Shown here: positions 1 to 12,689 of the stretch, piece after piece
Layout: every line of letters begins with the position of its first letter
Numbering within the stretch: position 1 is the first letter of the stretch
Assembly: GCF_006345805.1 (NCBI RefSeq)
Contig: NC_043015.1
Location: forward strand, 14,446,001-14,510,000
Source of the DNA: Octopus sinensis
Taxonomy: Eukaryota
Length of the DNA: 64,000 nucleotides
Direction: 5' to 3'
Notes under the pieces: model-generated
What the model saw: the letters and a program-made list of their open reading frames with translations, nothing else
Database searches by the model: none
Told to the model about the DNA's origin: nothing
Made by a program: the position numbers and the translations under genes

Positions 1-2500
1 ATAATGAAATTAAAGACAATATTTCGGAATTCTGCAGAAAACTATGACTCGCAGAAGCACTAACTGACTACGACAATGAAGATGAATCACTAGTCAAAAA
101 CAGAAGTAATTACCTCCCACATAAGGGTAGGAATAAAACACTGGATGACTACTGCAACCATATCCAAAATTTCCCCTACACATCCATTAAACGAAAAATT
201 AATCCTAACCTCAACAATCTAGAATGGAAAAATCTGACTGAACTAAAAAATGACAAAGACCTGACAATTAAAGAAGCTGACAAAGGAAGTGCTGTAGTTC
301 TGATGGACACAGAACACTATAAAAAACTAGTACTTACCATATTAGAAAACGAGGCCTTCTACGAAAAAATTATAAACTATAAACAACAAAAAAACCATGA
401 AAAATCTTGTATCCTTAATTCTTCTACATGGAAAAGGCCTGACAGAAAAAGAAACAGACTACATCACGAACTTCAAGTGTAAACCCAGTCTTTTTTATGG
501 CCTCCCTAAAATACACAAGAGCAAGATAATCAATGAAGCCTTCAAACAATCACCAGGCAAATATATAAACATCCAAACGCCAGAAGACTTGACTTTAAGA
601 CCCATTGTAGCTGGACCAGCCTGTGAAACCCACCGACTGAGCAATTTTCTAGACATCCTACTGAAACCCTTGCTGAAATACATCAAAAGCTTCATTAGGG
701 ATGATTTAGACATGTTAGAACACCTACCAAAAACAATTAATGAAGAAGCAGTATTGGTCACCCTCGATGTTATCAATCTTTACACCAACATCCCCCTTGA
801 CTATGGAATGAAAGCAATTAAATTCTGGTTGGAAAAGTACCCCGAAGTCCTCCCAGAATGCATAAACCAGACCTTTATTATTGAATCCTTAAAATTTATA
901 CTTCAGAACAATTATTTCCTGTTTGATGACACATACTATCGTCAGAAATGCAGAATTGCGATGGGGACGAAAGCAGCTCCTGTTCTTGCAAATCTAATAA
1001 TGGGCTATTTTGAATTCACCTTATATGAAGTATCACTTCAGAAATATGGTTGCCCATTTTACCTCTACATAAGAGAAAATTGGAAGCGATACTTGGATGA
1101 CTGTTTTATCATCTGGAAGGAGAACATCGACAAACTTTTGGATTTCAAAACAACACTAAATAACATAAATAGTAACATTCAATTCACAATGGAATATAAT
1201 AAAGAACAACTTCCTTTTTTAGACATCATGATAAAAAAAGTCAACAATGAAATCATAACTGACATTTATTATAAACCAACTGACTCAAAACAATATCTTC
1301 TTTTTAACTCATGCCACCTGAAACACATAAAAAGTCTTCAAGACTTCAAAACAACACTTATTGAAAGACAATATCCACCCTCTCTTATCGACAAGGGAAT
1401 TAAATGTGCCAAACAATTAGACACAAAAACAATGAGAACAAAAAAACATAGCACCACACCTCAAACCAAAACATTACTTTTTATATCAACATACAACCCC
1501 AGAAACAGTGAGGCATTCAACACTATTATGCAAACTCTCCCTTTACTAACTAGAGATCCAAAATTCAACGACATCCTGAAAATACACAAACTCATCAAAT
1601 GCAAAAAACAAGACAAATCGCTAAAGAGACTACTAACAAATGTGAAGCTTTACAAAACAACCACGAAACCAACAGTTGAAAAATGTGGACACCCGAACTG
1701 TGGAACCTGCCCCACCTGCTTGAAGGCTCAGACTTCCTTTTCAAACAAGGACAGAGGTTCACACTTAAAACTAGTTTCACCAGTGCCTCTGAGAACCTAA
1801 TTTATGTAATAACCTGCTCGGGTTGCAGTCATTAGTACATTGGACAAACGAGTTTAATTTTGAGGAAGAGAATTACTCTGCATAAGGAGCAAATCTGTTT
1901 CCCACAATACAGACAAATCCCTCTTAGTGAACACATAGAAAAATGTGCAGGTAACATCAAACCAAATTTTACAGTCTTCCCTTTCTACCAGTGCAAAGAC
2001 ACAATCTCTCAACTAGAACGCTTAAAGTAAGAAACTTTTTTCATTGAAAAATACAAAACGCGTCTGAATAAGCACACATAACCAATTTTTATATTTTTAC
2101 ATATTACATCACTGTACATAAATCCCCTACTAAACAAGGCCCCCTTTTTTTTTAAACCTGTCTCCTTTCTGTACACATATTTTTCCCTACCCAAAACCTA
2201 AACAGTTATCTCTCCTACACACAACAATAACAATAATAACAACCAATTACCTCCCTTTACTTGTCAACTTGTAAAATCATGCACTCGTGAATCTCATTAT
2301 AAACAACATGGACCCATTTTCTTCTTAAGAAAAAATCTATTTTCATATAAATTAAACATTGTATCATGAATAGCGATTGCGAAACCGGTCGATACATTAA
2401 AAATTATACTATAACCATGTAAGTGTGCATATTTTCCGTTTTTATTTTTCTTATATACATTACAATCCACCACGTGGGGACAACCAAAATTCCTCTTTTC
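1..2500 (+). mobile_element. Penelope-like retroelement 1 (RT + GIY-YIG endonuclease), degenerate, 5' end outside the window
   Basis: ORF 397-1800 has PLE RT motifs (FYGLPKIHK, RPIVAG, LYTNIP, AMGTKAAPVLANLIMG, RYLDDCF, LPFLD). A frameshifted GIY-YIG domain is at 1791-2081 (ENLIYVITCSGCSH*YIGQT...LSEHIEKC). A 3' tail runs into (TA)n at about 2510. Confidence 0.92.
2360..2396 (+). ncRNA. Degenerate minimal type-I hammerhead ribozyme in the PLE1 3' repeat
   Basis: TGTATC-atgaata-GCgattGC-GAAA-CCGG-TC-GATACA: 6-bp helix I, GAAA, palindromic helix III and a GUC site are present. The CUGANGA box has two substitutions. Confidence 0.5.
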
Positions 2501-2509
2501 TGTTACTAC

Positions 2510-2575
<66 letters not shown>

Positions 2576-2966
2576 TGTATATATATAAAATTCAAATAGA
2601 GGTTATATTGACCTCATGAAGGAATGGTATCATCTAAGGAAATATTGGTTCAGTACCAAATTATTTTGGGGGTGGGGAGGAGGAATTAATATCCATAAAA
2701 TAATAGGTTTATATATAAACCATGGTTTATAATCATGCAAATGAGATACTGAAGTTAATAAGAGTTTATTATCAGTAAAAAAAATTTATCATTATCCTTT
2801 ACAGCTGTTTCAATTAAGTTTAGTGAAGTTAAATGAATATTAAAATCATATTTCTGAGCTTAATCTATTCAGAGGGAGAAAATATATATCCTTAGATATT
2901 TTGTGTGTTAGTTATTTGAATCATCATGGCAGACTGAATAATACTGTTATTGACCAGTAATGGCAA

Positions 2967-3318
2967 GGTATTTGAGTACTCTTTTTTCCACCTTGTTTCA
3001 CATTTATGTGTTTACTCCGGTATTTTTATATTTATATATTTATACCTTTTCTCTATTAATTTAATATACATGTATGTATGTACATATATATACATATGAC
3101 TCTGTGTGTATGGATTGCCAGCACAGACACATGTGTACACATGTGTGTGTGTGCATGTATGGGCACATGTAAAAATATATATATATGTATGCATGCATGC
3201 ATGTATGTATGTATTGATATGAGTATAAATTTATGCACAGTTGCATTTATATACATGTAACTATGGTTGTATAGTTTGCCAATACAGACATGAATGTGCA
3301 CATATATATGTGCACAAG
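2967..3318 (+). repeat. Near-identical inverted copy of 11835-12260 (element tail plus low-complexity flank)
   Basis: ggtatttgagtactcttttttccacc...gtgcacaag is the reverse complement of 11835-12260, differing mainly in microsatellite lengths. Confidence 0.9.
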
Positions 3319-3611
3319 GGGATTACAGATTTGTTGTGGGTAAGATATTATATGCAAATATAATTAGGGTAATGAAGAGTAAATAAATAGAGATTAAAGA
3401 GTAAATTATAATGTTAATAAAGTACAATATGAATGAGATGAGGAATTAGGTTACATTTGTAGGTTATATACAAAATTGAGAAAATTTATCTCTATATAAA
3501 AAGACACTCATATTTGATATCGTGTGATCATCTGTTAATTTAGTACACATATATATATATACCATCGTATATACACAATAAATCATCACACATATGCATA
3601 CTTGCACCTAA

Positions 3612-3652
<41 letters not shown>

Positions 3653-4317
3653 GTATACATATACAAAAAAGCATTGATCAGTATTCACACTGACTTACGT
3701 TTCATGTACAAATATGTACAGCCACTCTCACACACATAAATGTGCATATATACATGCACATCCATATATATAAAAATGCACACACACACACACATATACA
3801 CATACACGCATATATGTATATATACGTACATATACATACTCATATACATGTGTGTACACATACATATAAACACATATATGCACACAAATATTCACTTAGA
3901 TACACACACATAAATATATTTACACTATTAATCATTCATCACACCTAAGAAGAAAGTGATATAGATCCCTTTAGATCAGTTAAATTCGATTGGTCAGTGG
4001 AATTTCAAATATATTTTTCAAAGCAGATAGCATTTTGAGTGAATTTGAATAGGTCTCAGTTTATTAGGTTTTTATTTTGAATAATGGGTTAATATTTTAT
4101 TATTATCAATTTTAAACTAGTATAATGTAAGAGGGAAGAGAAATGTGTAAAGATTTTCCATATAAATTTGTTTATAAATTATATTTATATAAATGTGAGA
4201 ATATTAATATAAGCTCATGAGAGTGCACACAAAAATAATTGGTTGTAAATGTAAGTTTAAGTGAATAATGAAACAGATAATTTGTTAAATGGTAACTTAT
4301 TGATTTGAATGGTAGTG

Positions 4318-4664
4318 TGATCGTTGCCAGAGCGGCTATCTGGCCTCCATGCCGGTGGCATGTAAAAGGCACCATTTGAGCATGATCGTTACCAGCATCG
4401 CCTTACTGGCACCTCTGCTGGTGGCATGTGTAAAAAGATTCAAGCGAGGTCGTTGCCAGTACCACCTGACTGGCCCCCGTGCTGGTGGCATGTAAAAAGC
4501 ACCCACTACACTCTCGGAGTGGTTGGTGTTAGGAAGGGCATCCAGCTGTCGAAACTTTGCCAGATCAAGATTGAAGCCTGGTGCAGCCCTCTGGTTCGCC
4601 AGCCCTCAGTCAAAATCGTCCAACCCATGTAGCATGGAAAGCAGACGTTAAACGATGATGATGA
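4318..4664 (+). mobile_element. RTE-LINE 3' module or SINE-like retroposon with (GAT)n tail
   Basis: gtggcatgtaaaaagcacccactacactctcggagtggttgg...aggaagggcatccagctg...cgttaaacgatgatgatga. The same module ends the RTE at 26820-27130. Confidence 0.8.
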
Positions 4665-5350
4665 CATATATATGTATGTATGTACATATACATACATGAA
4701 GATACACATATTAATGCTCATACACACATATGCACACTAAAAAGATAATTAGTTAAATGAAAGCTTATTGATCAGAATGGCATATTTTTATGTCCATACA
4801 TACACAAATATACATATATCAGTTCTTGCACACACACATATGCACACATACACACATGCATACACTTATACATATTTGTAAAATTGTGAATAGTACAGAT
4901 GATAATCAAATAGGAATTTGCACACATAGATTTGTGCATATACGCACACACATACATACATACATTTAGATATATAAGTGTAAATAGATAATTAAACAGA
5001 TGAGTAATACACTCATATACGCATATGTATTCATACTTATATACGGGCAAGAAATTCACATACATACAAGTACAAATATACACACACATACATAAGCGCA
5101 TACAGATATATTATATATACATACACATCAACATATCTGCATATACACATATATGCATACATGCACATATATGTGCCTGCCCTTACATACATACAGGTAC
5201 ACATATATGTATGCATATATACATAAGTGCATACAGATATATTATAAATACATACACACCAACATATCTGCATATGCACATATATGCATATACACACAAA
5301 TATGTACTTGCCTTTATTTTTGCATAGAAATACACACATACACACACATA

Positions 5351-5408
<58 letters not shown>

Positions 5409-5409
<1 letters not shown>

Positions 5410-7930
5410 TCCAGACCCAATACACCAAAACTTCCGGATGAACTCCCAAAACACATAGACCCCAAAATAATAAACTTATCTAAAAGAGAACTTGACGAAT
5501 ATGAAATGAACCTACTACTAAAAGGCCTCAAATTTACACCTACACCCACTCCAAACCTCATAGAACTAAAAACTGATATAGACAACTTCAGCCGCAACCT
5601 CCGCCTTATGGAATTCTTTGAAAATAAAGAAAGAAAAGACAACTCAATCATAAGAAAAAATCTCACTTCACCCCTTACAAGGGAAGTGACAAACACCTTG
5701 ACACATACATAGAAACAATATCCAAATTCCCTCTCCACACACACACAAATGCAAACAGAATCTCCGCAGAGAAGAAAAACAAGCCCTACAAAAACTGAAA
5801 AATGACAAATCAATCGTTATAAAAGAAGCTGACAAAGGTGGAGCAATAGTAATTATGGACACAGATTACTACAAAGAAAAGATACTAGAGTTACTGAACA
5901 ACCAGACATATTACAAAGAGGAACCAACACCACCGGAGAAAACAACGATACAAAAAATTAGAACTTTAGTCAATGAATATCAGGACTCCTTTACAGATAA
6001 GGAGGAAGACTATCTATGCAACTCACAAACCAAAGAAAGCAACTTTTATGGATTACCTAAAATTCATAAAAGCTCGGAAATACAGAGAGCCATAAAGGAA
6101 CAGAGGAACCACTATATAAGAGTACAAAGGCCTGCAGACCTCACAATGAGACCAATAGTGGCAGGACCCCAGGCACCAACACAACAACTAAGCCACTTCA
6201 TAGATATACTCCTCAAACCTTTATGCCCACAGATTCCAAGCTACATAAGGGATGACATAGACTTCCTCACACACATTCCAAATACAGTCCCGAAAAACAC
6301 CATACTTGCAAGCTTTGATGTCACAAATCTATACACAAACATACCACACACCCTAGGTCTAGAAGCTATAAAACAATCAATAGAAAAATACAGAGAACTT
6401 ATAGACGAACGCTTCAAGACAAACTTTATCACCCAGCCACCCAACTAATACTAGAAGAAAACACATTCTCATTCAACAACAAGACATACCGACAGATAAA
6501 AGGCACGGCTATGGGTACAAAATTCGCACCTTCATATGCCAACCTGGTGATGGGCTTCCTGGAGAAAAAACTATATGACGAAATAGGGAAAGTCTTCGAA
6601 CACGACTTCAGAGAAGACATCAAGAAAAAGTGGAAACGCTACCTCGATGACTGTTTCATCTTTTGGAACAGATCAGAATAGGACCTAAAAACATTCCACA
6701 ACATCCTCAATACGCTGCACCCATCTATCAATTTCACAATAGATACCAGCCACAACGAACTTCCCTTCCTAGACATCAACATCAAAATACACAACTCCAT
6801 CGTCACAACAGACATCCACTACAAAAAAACTGACACACATCAATACTTAAATTTCCACTCCTGCCACCCATCCCACACAAAAAGAAACATCCCATATAGT
6901 ATGGCACGACGAATATGTAGCATAGTAACTGATTCACAAATACGATTAATAAGACAAGATGAACTCAAAAGCTTCCTCCTAGAGCAAAAATACCCCCTTA
7001 AACTAATAGAAAATGGAATCACAAGAGCATTAAAACTAGACATCATCACAAACTCAGGACACCCAAAACAAAAAACAAAAAGAAAACACTATCCCTTTTA
7101 TAAAACACACACAACCCTGGAGTTACCAACATCTTCCAAACCATACATTCAAACCTACAATAGCCTTACAAAGCCCCAAAATGAAAAACATATTAAACAA
7201 ATATAGCATAAAAAACAGTAGACGACAGGACAAAAACCTAAAAAAACACCTAACAAGAGCGAAATTCTCTTCAGAAACTAAAATGGAATTCTTTGCAAAA
7301 GAGTGCGGAGATGGTAGATGTGGGACCTGCAGCAACCCCACCTACAAATACATAGAGAGCAACAGAGAGATAAGATTTAAAAATGGTGACATATTCAAAG
7401 TAAATGCAGATATGAACTGCAAGACGCAGAACGTCATATACTGCATAACCTGCCCCACATGCAAGGAGAATTACGTAGGTGAAACTGGTAATTCTTTGTG
7501 CCAGCGAGCCAGGATCCACCGACAACATATTCGGCAGAAAGAACTACGCAAAATACCACTAAGCACACACCTAGCTACATGTGGAGAAGGAAAATTTAAG
7601 ATATTTCCCTTCTACAAGTGTCCGAAGAACGACACCTCCTTCAGGAGGAATATGGAAAAACATTTCATAGCTAAGTTCTCACCCAAATTAAATGGCTGAA
7701 ACTTTACTCAACATACATTGAAGGACAAATTTTTCGATTTACAATATGATACAGTGGAACATTTAATATATGTGTGTATATATATAGGTATGTGTGTGTA
7801 TGTTACCTGTTATATACACTATATTGTTTTTGCAACTTACTTGATCTTTACTTGCCAATTGTCATTCTAATTTTAACCTTCCTATGATATACAATTTTCA
7901 AGATGGTGTAACTTGATTGTTCATTTTGAT
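5409..7930 (+). mobile_element. Penelope-like retroelement 2 (RT + GIY-YIG), frameshifted
   Basis: Starts directly after (TA)n. RT pieces are ORF 5855-6448 and the frameshifted AMGTKFAPSYANLVMG...RYLDDCF. The GIY-YIG ORF 7181-7699 contains CGTC and IYCITCPTCKENYVGET. Confidence 0.92.
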
Positions 7931-8057
7931 TCCATAGAAGGTGGATTTTTCTCTAATATTTCATGTGTAAGCATGTATATATATATATATAGTGACATTG
8001 AAGGACACATCTTTGATTTACAATCTAATATAGTAGAACATTTAGGATATGTCTGTA

Positions 8058-8100
<43 letters not shown>

Positions 8101-8255
8101 GTGTGTGTATAGATATGTGTATTGCCTGTTATATACATTATATTATATTATTATCTTTATAATTTACTTCCATCTTTACCCTTTAATTGTCACTTTAATT
8201 TTAACTTTCCTATGATATACAATTTTCAAGATGGTGTAATTTGGTTATTCATTGT
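7715..8255 (+). repeat. Diverged tandem duplication (about 300 bp period) in the PLE2 3' region
   Basis: acattgaaggaca...ttcctatgatatacaattttcaagatggtgtaa occurs at about 7715-7925 and about 8014-8255. Confidence 0.85.
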
Positions 8256-9088
8256 TTTTTTCAAATATTTTATGTATAAGTCTGTGTGTGTATATATATA
8301 TATGTATTGGTATAAATATCAACACACAAAAATATTTTTTTCTTCTCCACTTCCTCCCTTATTTTTATTTATTTTATATTTATTTTTTTATATTTTATTT
8401 TTTATTTTTTATTTTTTATATTTTTATTTTTTATTTTTTATATTTTTAATTATTTTTTATTTTTATATTTATTTTTATTTTTACTTTCCCTTTTCTCTTT
8501 CTTTCTCTCTCTCCTTCTCCAAACACACAGAGACACACACACACACACAAACAAAAAACACACAGACACACACACACACACACACCTCCACAAAACAATC
8601 ATAGAAAGTGTGACCCCAAATGACATTTGTCTGGCCAGCCTATGCACAACACACACTCAGTGACAGGAGACTGGACAGAGAGCAGAGCCAAATTTCTTAG
8701 AAAACCACAGGAGGTCCAGTAGGCCAAAGGAATAACAATACTTCTTCTTTCCTATCAGATACAAATGCACACACACACACACACACACATACACACACAC
8801 ACACACATACACATACACACATGTTTTCTCTGTCTCACTTCCTCCTCACCCTCTTGTACTATATCTTATTCCTCTGCACTACTATGAAACTATAAAATGT
8901 TCAAATTACCCACAATTGATTTGATTTGAAAAGCCCACTAGATTGGGAGAAAGCGCTAATCCGAATATGATATGAATGATATGATATATATGTAAAAAAT
9001 GTAATATATAAATAAATATCTATAAATATGAACCATCCGATCTGATTACCTCATTTTTTCTAATATATATATATATAATATATATATA

Positions 9089-9134
<46 letters not shown>

Positions 9135-9136
<2 letters not shown>

Positions 9137-11068
9137 CCATCCGAACGTGGCCGTAGCCAGTACCGCATCGACTGGCCTCCGTGCTGTGGGAACATGGTGG
9201 CACATAAAAACACCATCCGAAGACCCGGCAAGACTAGTCAGGTCATAACCCGTGGCCCTACCTGGGACGTAGTCAGTCCACCTGTACATACCTTCCGACT
9301 TGTGAAGACCTGCTGAGGCAAGTGAAAATCAAATCAAATCAAAACAAATCAAAATAGATGAACATCATGGAATTTGTATCCTTGTGGTACCATGCCAGTG
9401 GCACACAAGAATCCATCCGATCGTGGCCGCAGTCAGTACCGCTTGTGGTACCAGTGCCGGGGTGGTGGACACAAGAATCCATCCGAACGTGGCCGTAGTC
9501 AGTACCGCTTGTGGTACCAGTGCCGGTGGCACACAAGAATCCATCCGAACGTGCCGGTGGCACACAAGAGAAAAACCATCCGAAAGTGGCCGTAGCCAGT
9601 CCGCATCGACTGGCCTCCATTCTGTGGGCACATGACAAACACCATCCGATCGTGGCCGTTCGCCAGCCTCATCTAGCACCTGTGTCGGTGGCACATAAAA
9701 ACACCATCCGAAGACCCGGCAAGACTAGTCAGGCCATAACTCATGGCCCCTACCTGGGACGTAGTCAGTCCACCTGTGCATACCTTCCTTCTTGTGACAC
9801 TTGTGAAGACCTGTTGAGGCAAGTGAAAATCAAATCAAATCAAAACAAATCAAAATAGATGAACATCAATGGAATCTGTATCTTTGTGGTACCAGTGCCG
9901 GTGGCACACACTTTGTGGTACCAGTGCCGGTGGCACACATGAGAACCATCCGAACGTGGCCGTAGCCAGTTCCGCATCGACCGGCCTCCGTGCTGTGGGC
10001 ACGTAACAAACACCATCCGATCATGGCCGTTCGCCAGCCTCATCTGGCACCTGTGTCGGTGGCACATAAAAACACCTTCCGAAGACCCGGCAAGACTAGT
10101 CAGTCCACCTGTGCATACCTTCCTTCCTTCTTGTGACACTTGTGAAGACCGGTTGAGGCAAGTGAAAATCAAATCAAATCAAATCAAAATAGACAAAATA
10201 GATGAACATCAATGGAATTTGTATCTTGTGGTACCAGTGCCTGTGGCACACAAGAAATCCATCAGTGCCGTAGTCAGTGCGGTGGGCACATGGCAAACAC
10301 CATCTGATCGTGGCCGTTCGCCAGCCTCATCTAGCACCTGTGTCGGTGGCACATAAAAACACCATCCGAAGACCCGGCAAGACTAGTCAGGCCATAACCA
10401 TGGCCCCTACCTGGGACGTAGTCAGTCCACCTGTGCATACCTTCCTTCTTGTGACACTTGTGAAGACCTGTTGAGGCAAGTAAAAATCAATCAAATCAAA
10501 ACAAATCAAAATAGATGAACATCAATGGAATTTGTATCTTTGTGGTACCAGTGCCGGTGGCACGTGGCACATAAGAAAACCATCCGAACGTGGCCGTAGC
10601 CAGTACCGCATCGACTGGCCTCTGTGCTGTGGGCACGTAACAAGCACCATCCGATCGTGGCCGTTTGCCAGCCTCATCTGGCACCTGTGTCGGTGGCACA
10701 TAAAAACACCATCCGAGCGTGGCCGTCTGCCAGCCTCGTCTGGCACCTGTGTCGGTGGCACATAAAAAACACCGTCCGAGCGTGGCCGTCTGCCAGCCTC
10801 GTCTGGCACCTGTGTCGGTGGCACATAAAAACACCATCCGAGCGTGGCCATTTGTCAGCCTCGTCTGGCACCTGTGTCGGTGGCACATAAAATCACCCAC
10901 TACACTCTCGGAGTGGTTGGCGTTAGGAAGGGCATCCAGCTGTAGAAACACTGCCAGATCTGACTGGACTGGTGCAGCTTTCGGGCTCCCCAGACCCCAG
11001 TTGAACCGTCCAACCCATGCTAGCATGGAAAGCGGACGTTAAATGATGATGATGATGATGATGATGAT
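9135..11068 (+). repeat. Compound tandem array of RTE 3'-end units and about 60-bp caccatccga minisatellites, ending in the (GAT)n module
   Basis: The gaagacccggcaag...gaagacctgttgaggcaagtgaaaatc(aaatc)n unit starts at 9219, 9710, 10081 and 10368. About 61-bp repeats lie at 10640-10890, and the terminal module at 10880-11068. Confidence 0.85.
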
Positions 11069-11082
11069 ATATATATATATAT

Positions 11083-11260
11083 GTAGGTCCCGGGTTGAGT
11101 TGGGGTTAACCACAGGAAATAAGGTACTCAATACACAGCAGAGTAAAGTAATTTATTTTATAGAAGGAGCTTCTACAGGACTAGAACTGTTTCATTCAGA
11201 TGAAATCTTGAAGATTTCATCTGAATGAAACAGTTCTAGTCCTGTAGAAGCTCCTTCTAT

Positions 11261-11266
<6 letters not shown>
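11083..11266 (-). repeat. Fold-back element: perfect 56-bp inverted arms around one base plus a 70-bp tail, between (TA)n tracts
   Basis: Arms 11154-11209 and 11211-11266 were checked base by base at their ends. The centre is G11210. Confidence 0.9.
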
Positions 11267-11351
<85 letters not shown>

Positions 11352-11459
11352 TATATATATACACTAACATACATAGACAACGGTGTGTACATACACATAC
11401 ACTCACATAACTGTGATAGATCGGTAGCCACTAAACATTCTTTACTTTCTCTCCTTGTT

Positions 11460-11497
11460 TCTTTCTGTGGAAGAGCGAAGGCTCGAAACGTTAAAGA
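11460..11497 (+). ncRNA. Minimal hammerhead-like motif with variant core (CUGUGGA)
   Basis: TCTTT-CTGTGGA-A-GAGC gaag GCTC-GAAA-CG-TT-AAAGA. Helices I and II are intact and the site is GUU. Confidence 0.55.
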
Positions 11498-12323
11498 CTT
11501 TTTCACTTCCCGAGTGTTATACAAATACATCTGTTTGTTGTCTACACCACCTGTCTTCGTCTTTTGTTTTTTTTTCATGAATTCTCCCCATATATATATA
11601 TATATATATATGCATTCACAAACATATACACACATACACACGCATATATACAAATATATACACATATAAACTCATACTTATAAATAGGTGTAAAAGTGTA
11701 TTCACTTGCATCCATATATGTATAGGTACAAATATACATAGATTATAGCACACATAAATATATTCACATATATAAATGCACCTGCACATAGATCCATACA
11801 TATATCTATACATACATATTCACATGCATCCATACTTGTGCACATATATATGTGCACATTTATGTCTGTATTGGCAAACTATACAACCATAGTTACATGT
11901 ATATAAATGCAACTGTGCATAAATTTATACTCATATCAATACATACATACATGCATGCATGCATACATACATACATACATACATGCATACATACATACAT
12001 ACATACATACATACATACTTAATTACATACATATATATATATTTTTACATGTGCCCATACATGCACACACACACACACACACATGTGTCTGTGCTGGCAA
12101 TCCATACACACAGAGTTATATGTATATATATATATGTACATATACACATACATACATGTATATTAAATTAATAGAGAAAAGGTATAAATTTATAAATATA
12201 AAAATACCGGAGTAAACACATAAATGTGAAGCAAGGTGGAAAAAAGAGTACTCAAATACCAGCATTTCAACTCTGTGTGAGTATATGTGTGTATGTGTGT
12301 ACATGTACAAGGGGAGTAATATG

Positions 12324-12408
12324 CTTTATTTAAAGCAGCAGAAAATTCAACAAAACCTGTTACTCTGAGTAACAGGTTTTGTTGAATTTTCTGCTGCTTT
12401 AAATAAAG
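12324..12408. repeat. Perfect 42-bp-arm palindrome
   Basis: ctttatttaaagcagcagaaaattcaacaaaacctgttactc-T-gagtaacagg...aaataaag, centre at 12366. Confidence 0.92.
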
Positions 12409-12689
12409 TAAATATAAAAATAGAAATGTTAGTGGATGTCAGGCATATTTTTTTGTGAAGAAAGTATTAATATGGTTATTACTGAAAGGTAGTTTTTTGA
12501 ATAGTAGTCAAACTGACGTATATGTTACCATTTGTGTCTATTCAAAAGTTAGAATAAAAGTCAAATAGTTATAAGGTTTAGCAATTGTGTATGCTCAAAT
12601 GTTGTTAGATGTGTACAATAGGTTAGTTATAATAGGTGACTGGTATAAAAAGATACTAAAAATAGGTGTAATGGAGGGATAATATGTAC

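Noticed and set aside
397-7699. RT plus GIY-YIG as a bacterial retron, group II intron or contaminant
   Set aside because: Domain order and motifs are those of Penelope-like elements, and they are embedded in host microsatellites.
10640-10890. Regular about 61-bp repeats resembling a CRISPR array
   Set aside because: Whole units repeat with no unique spacers, there are no cas genes, and the context is eukaryotic. It is a retroposon minisatellite.
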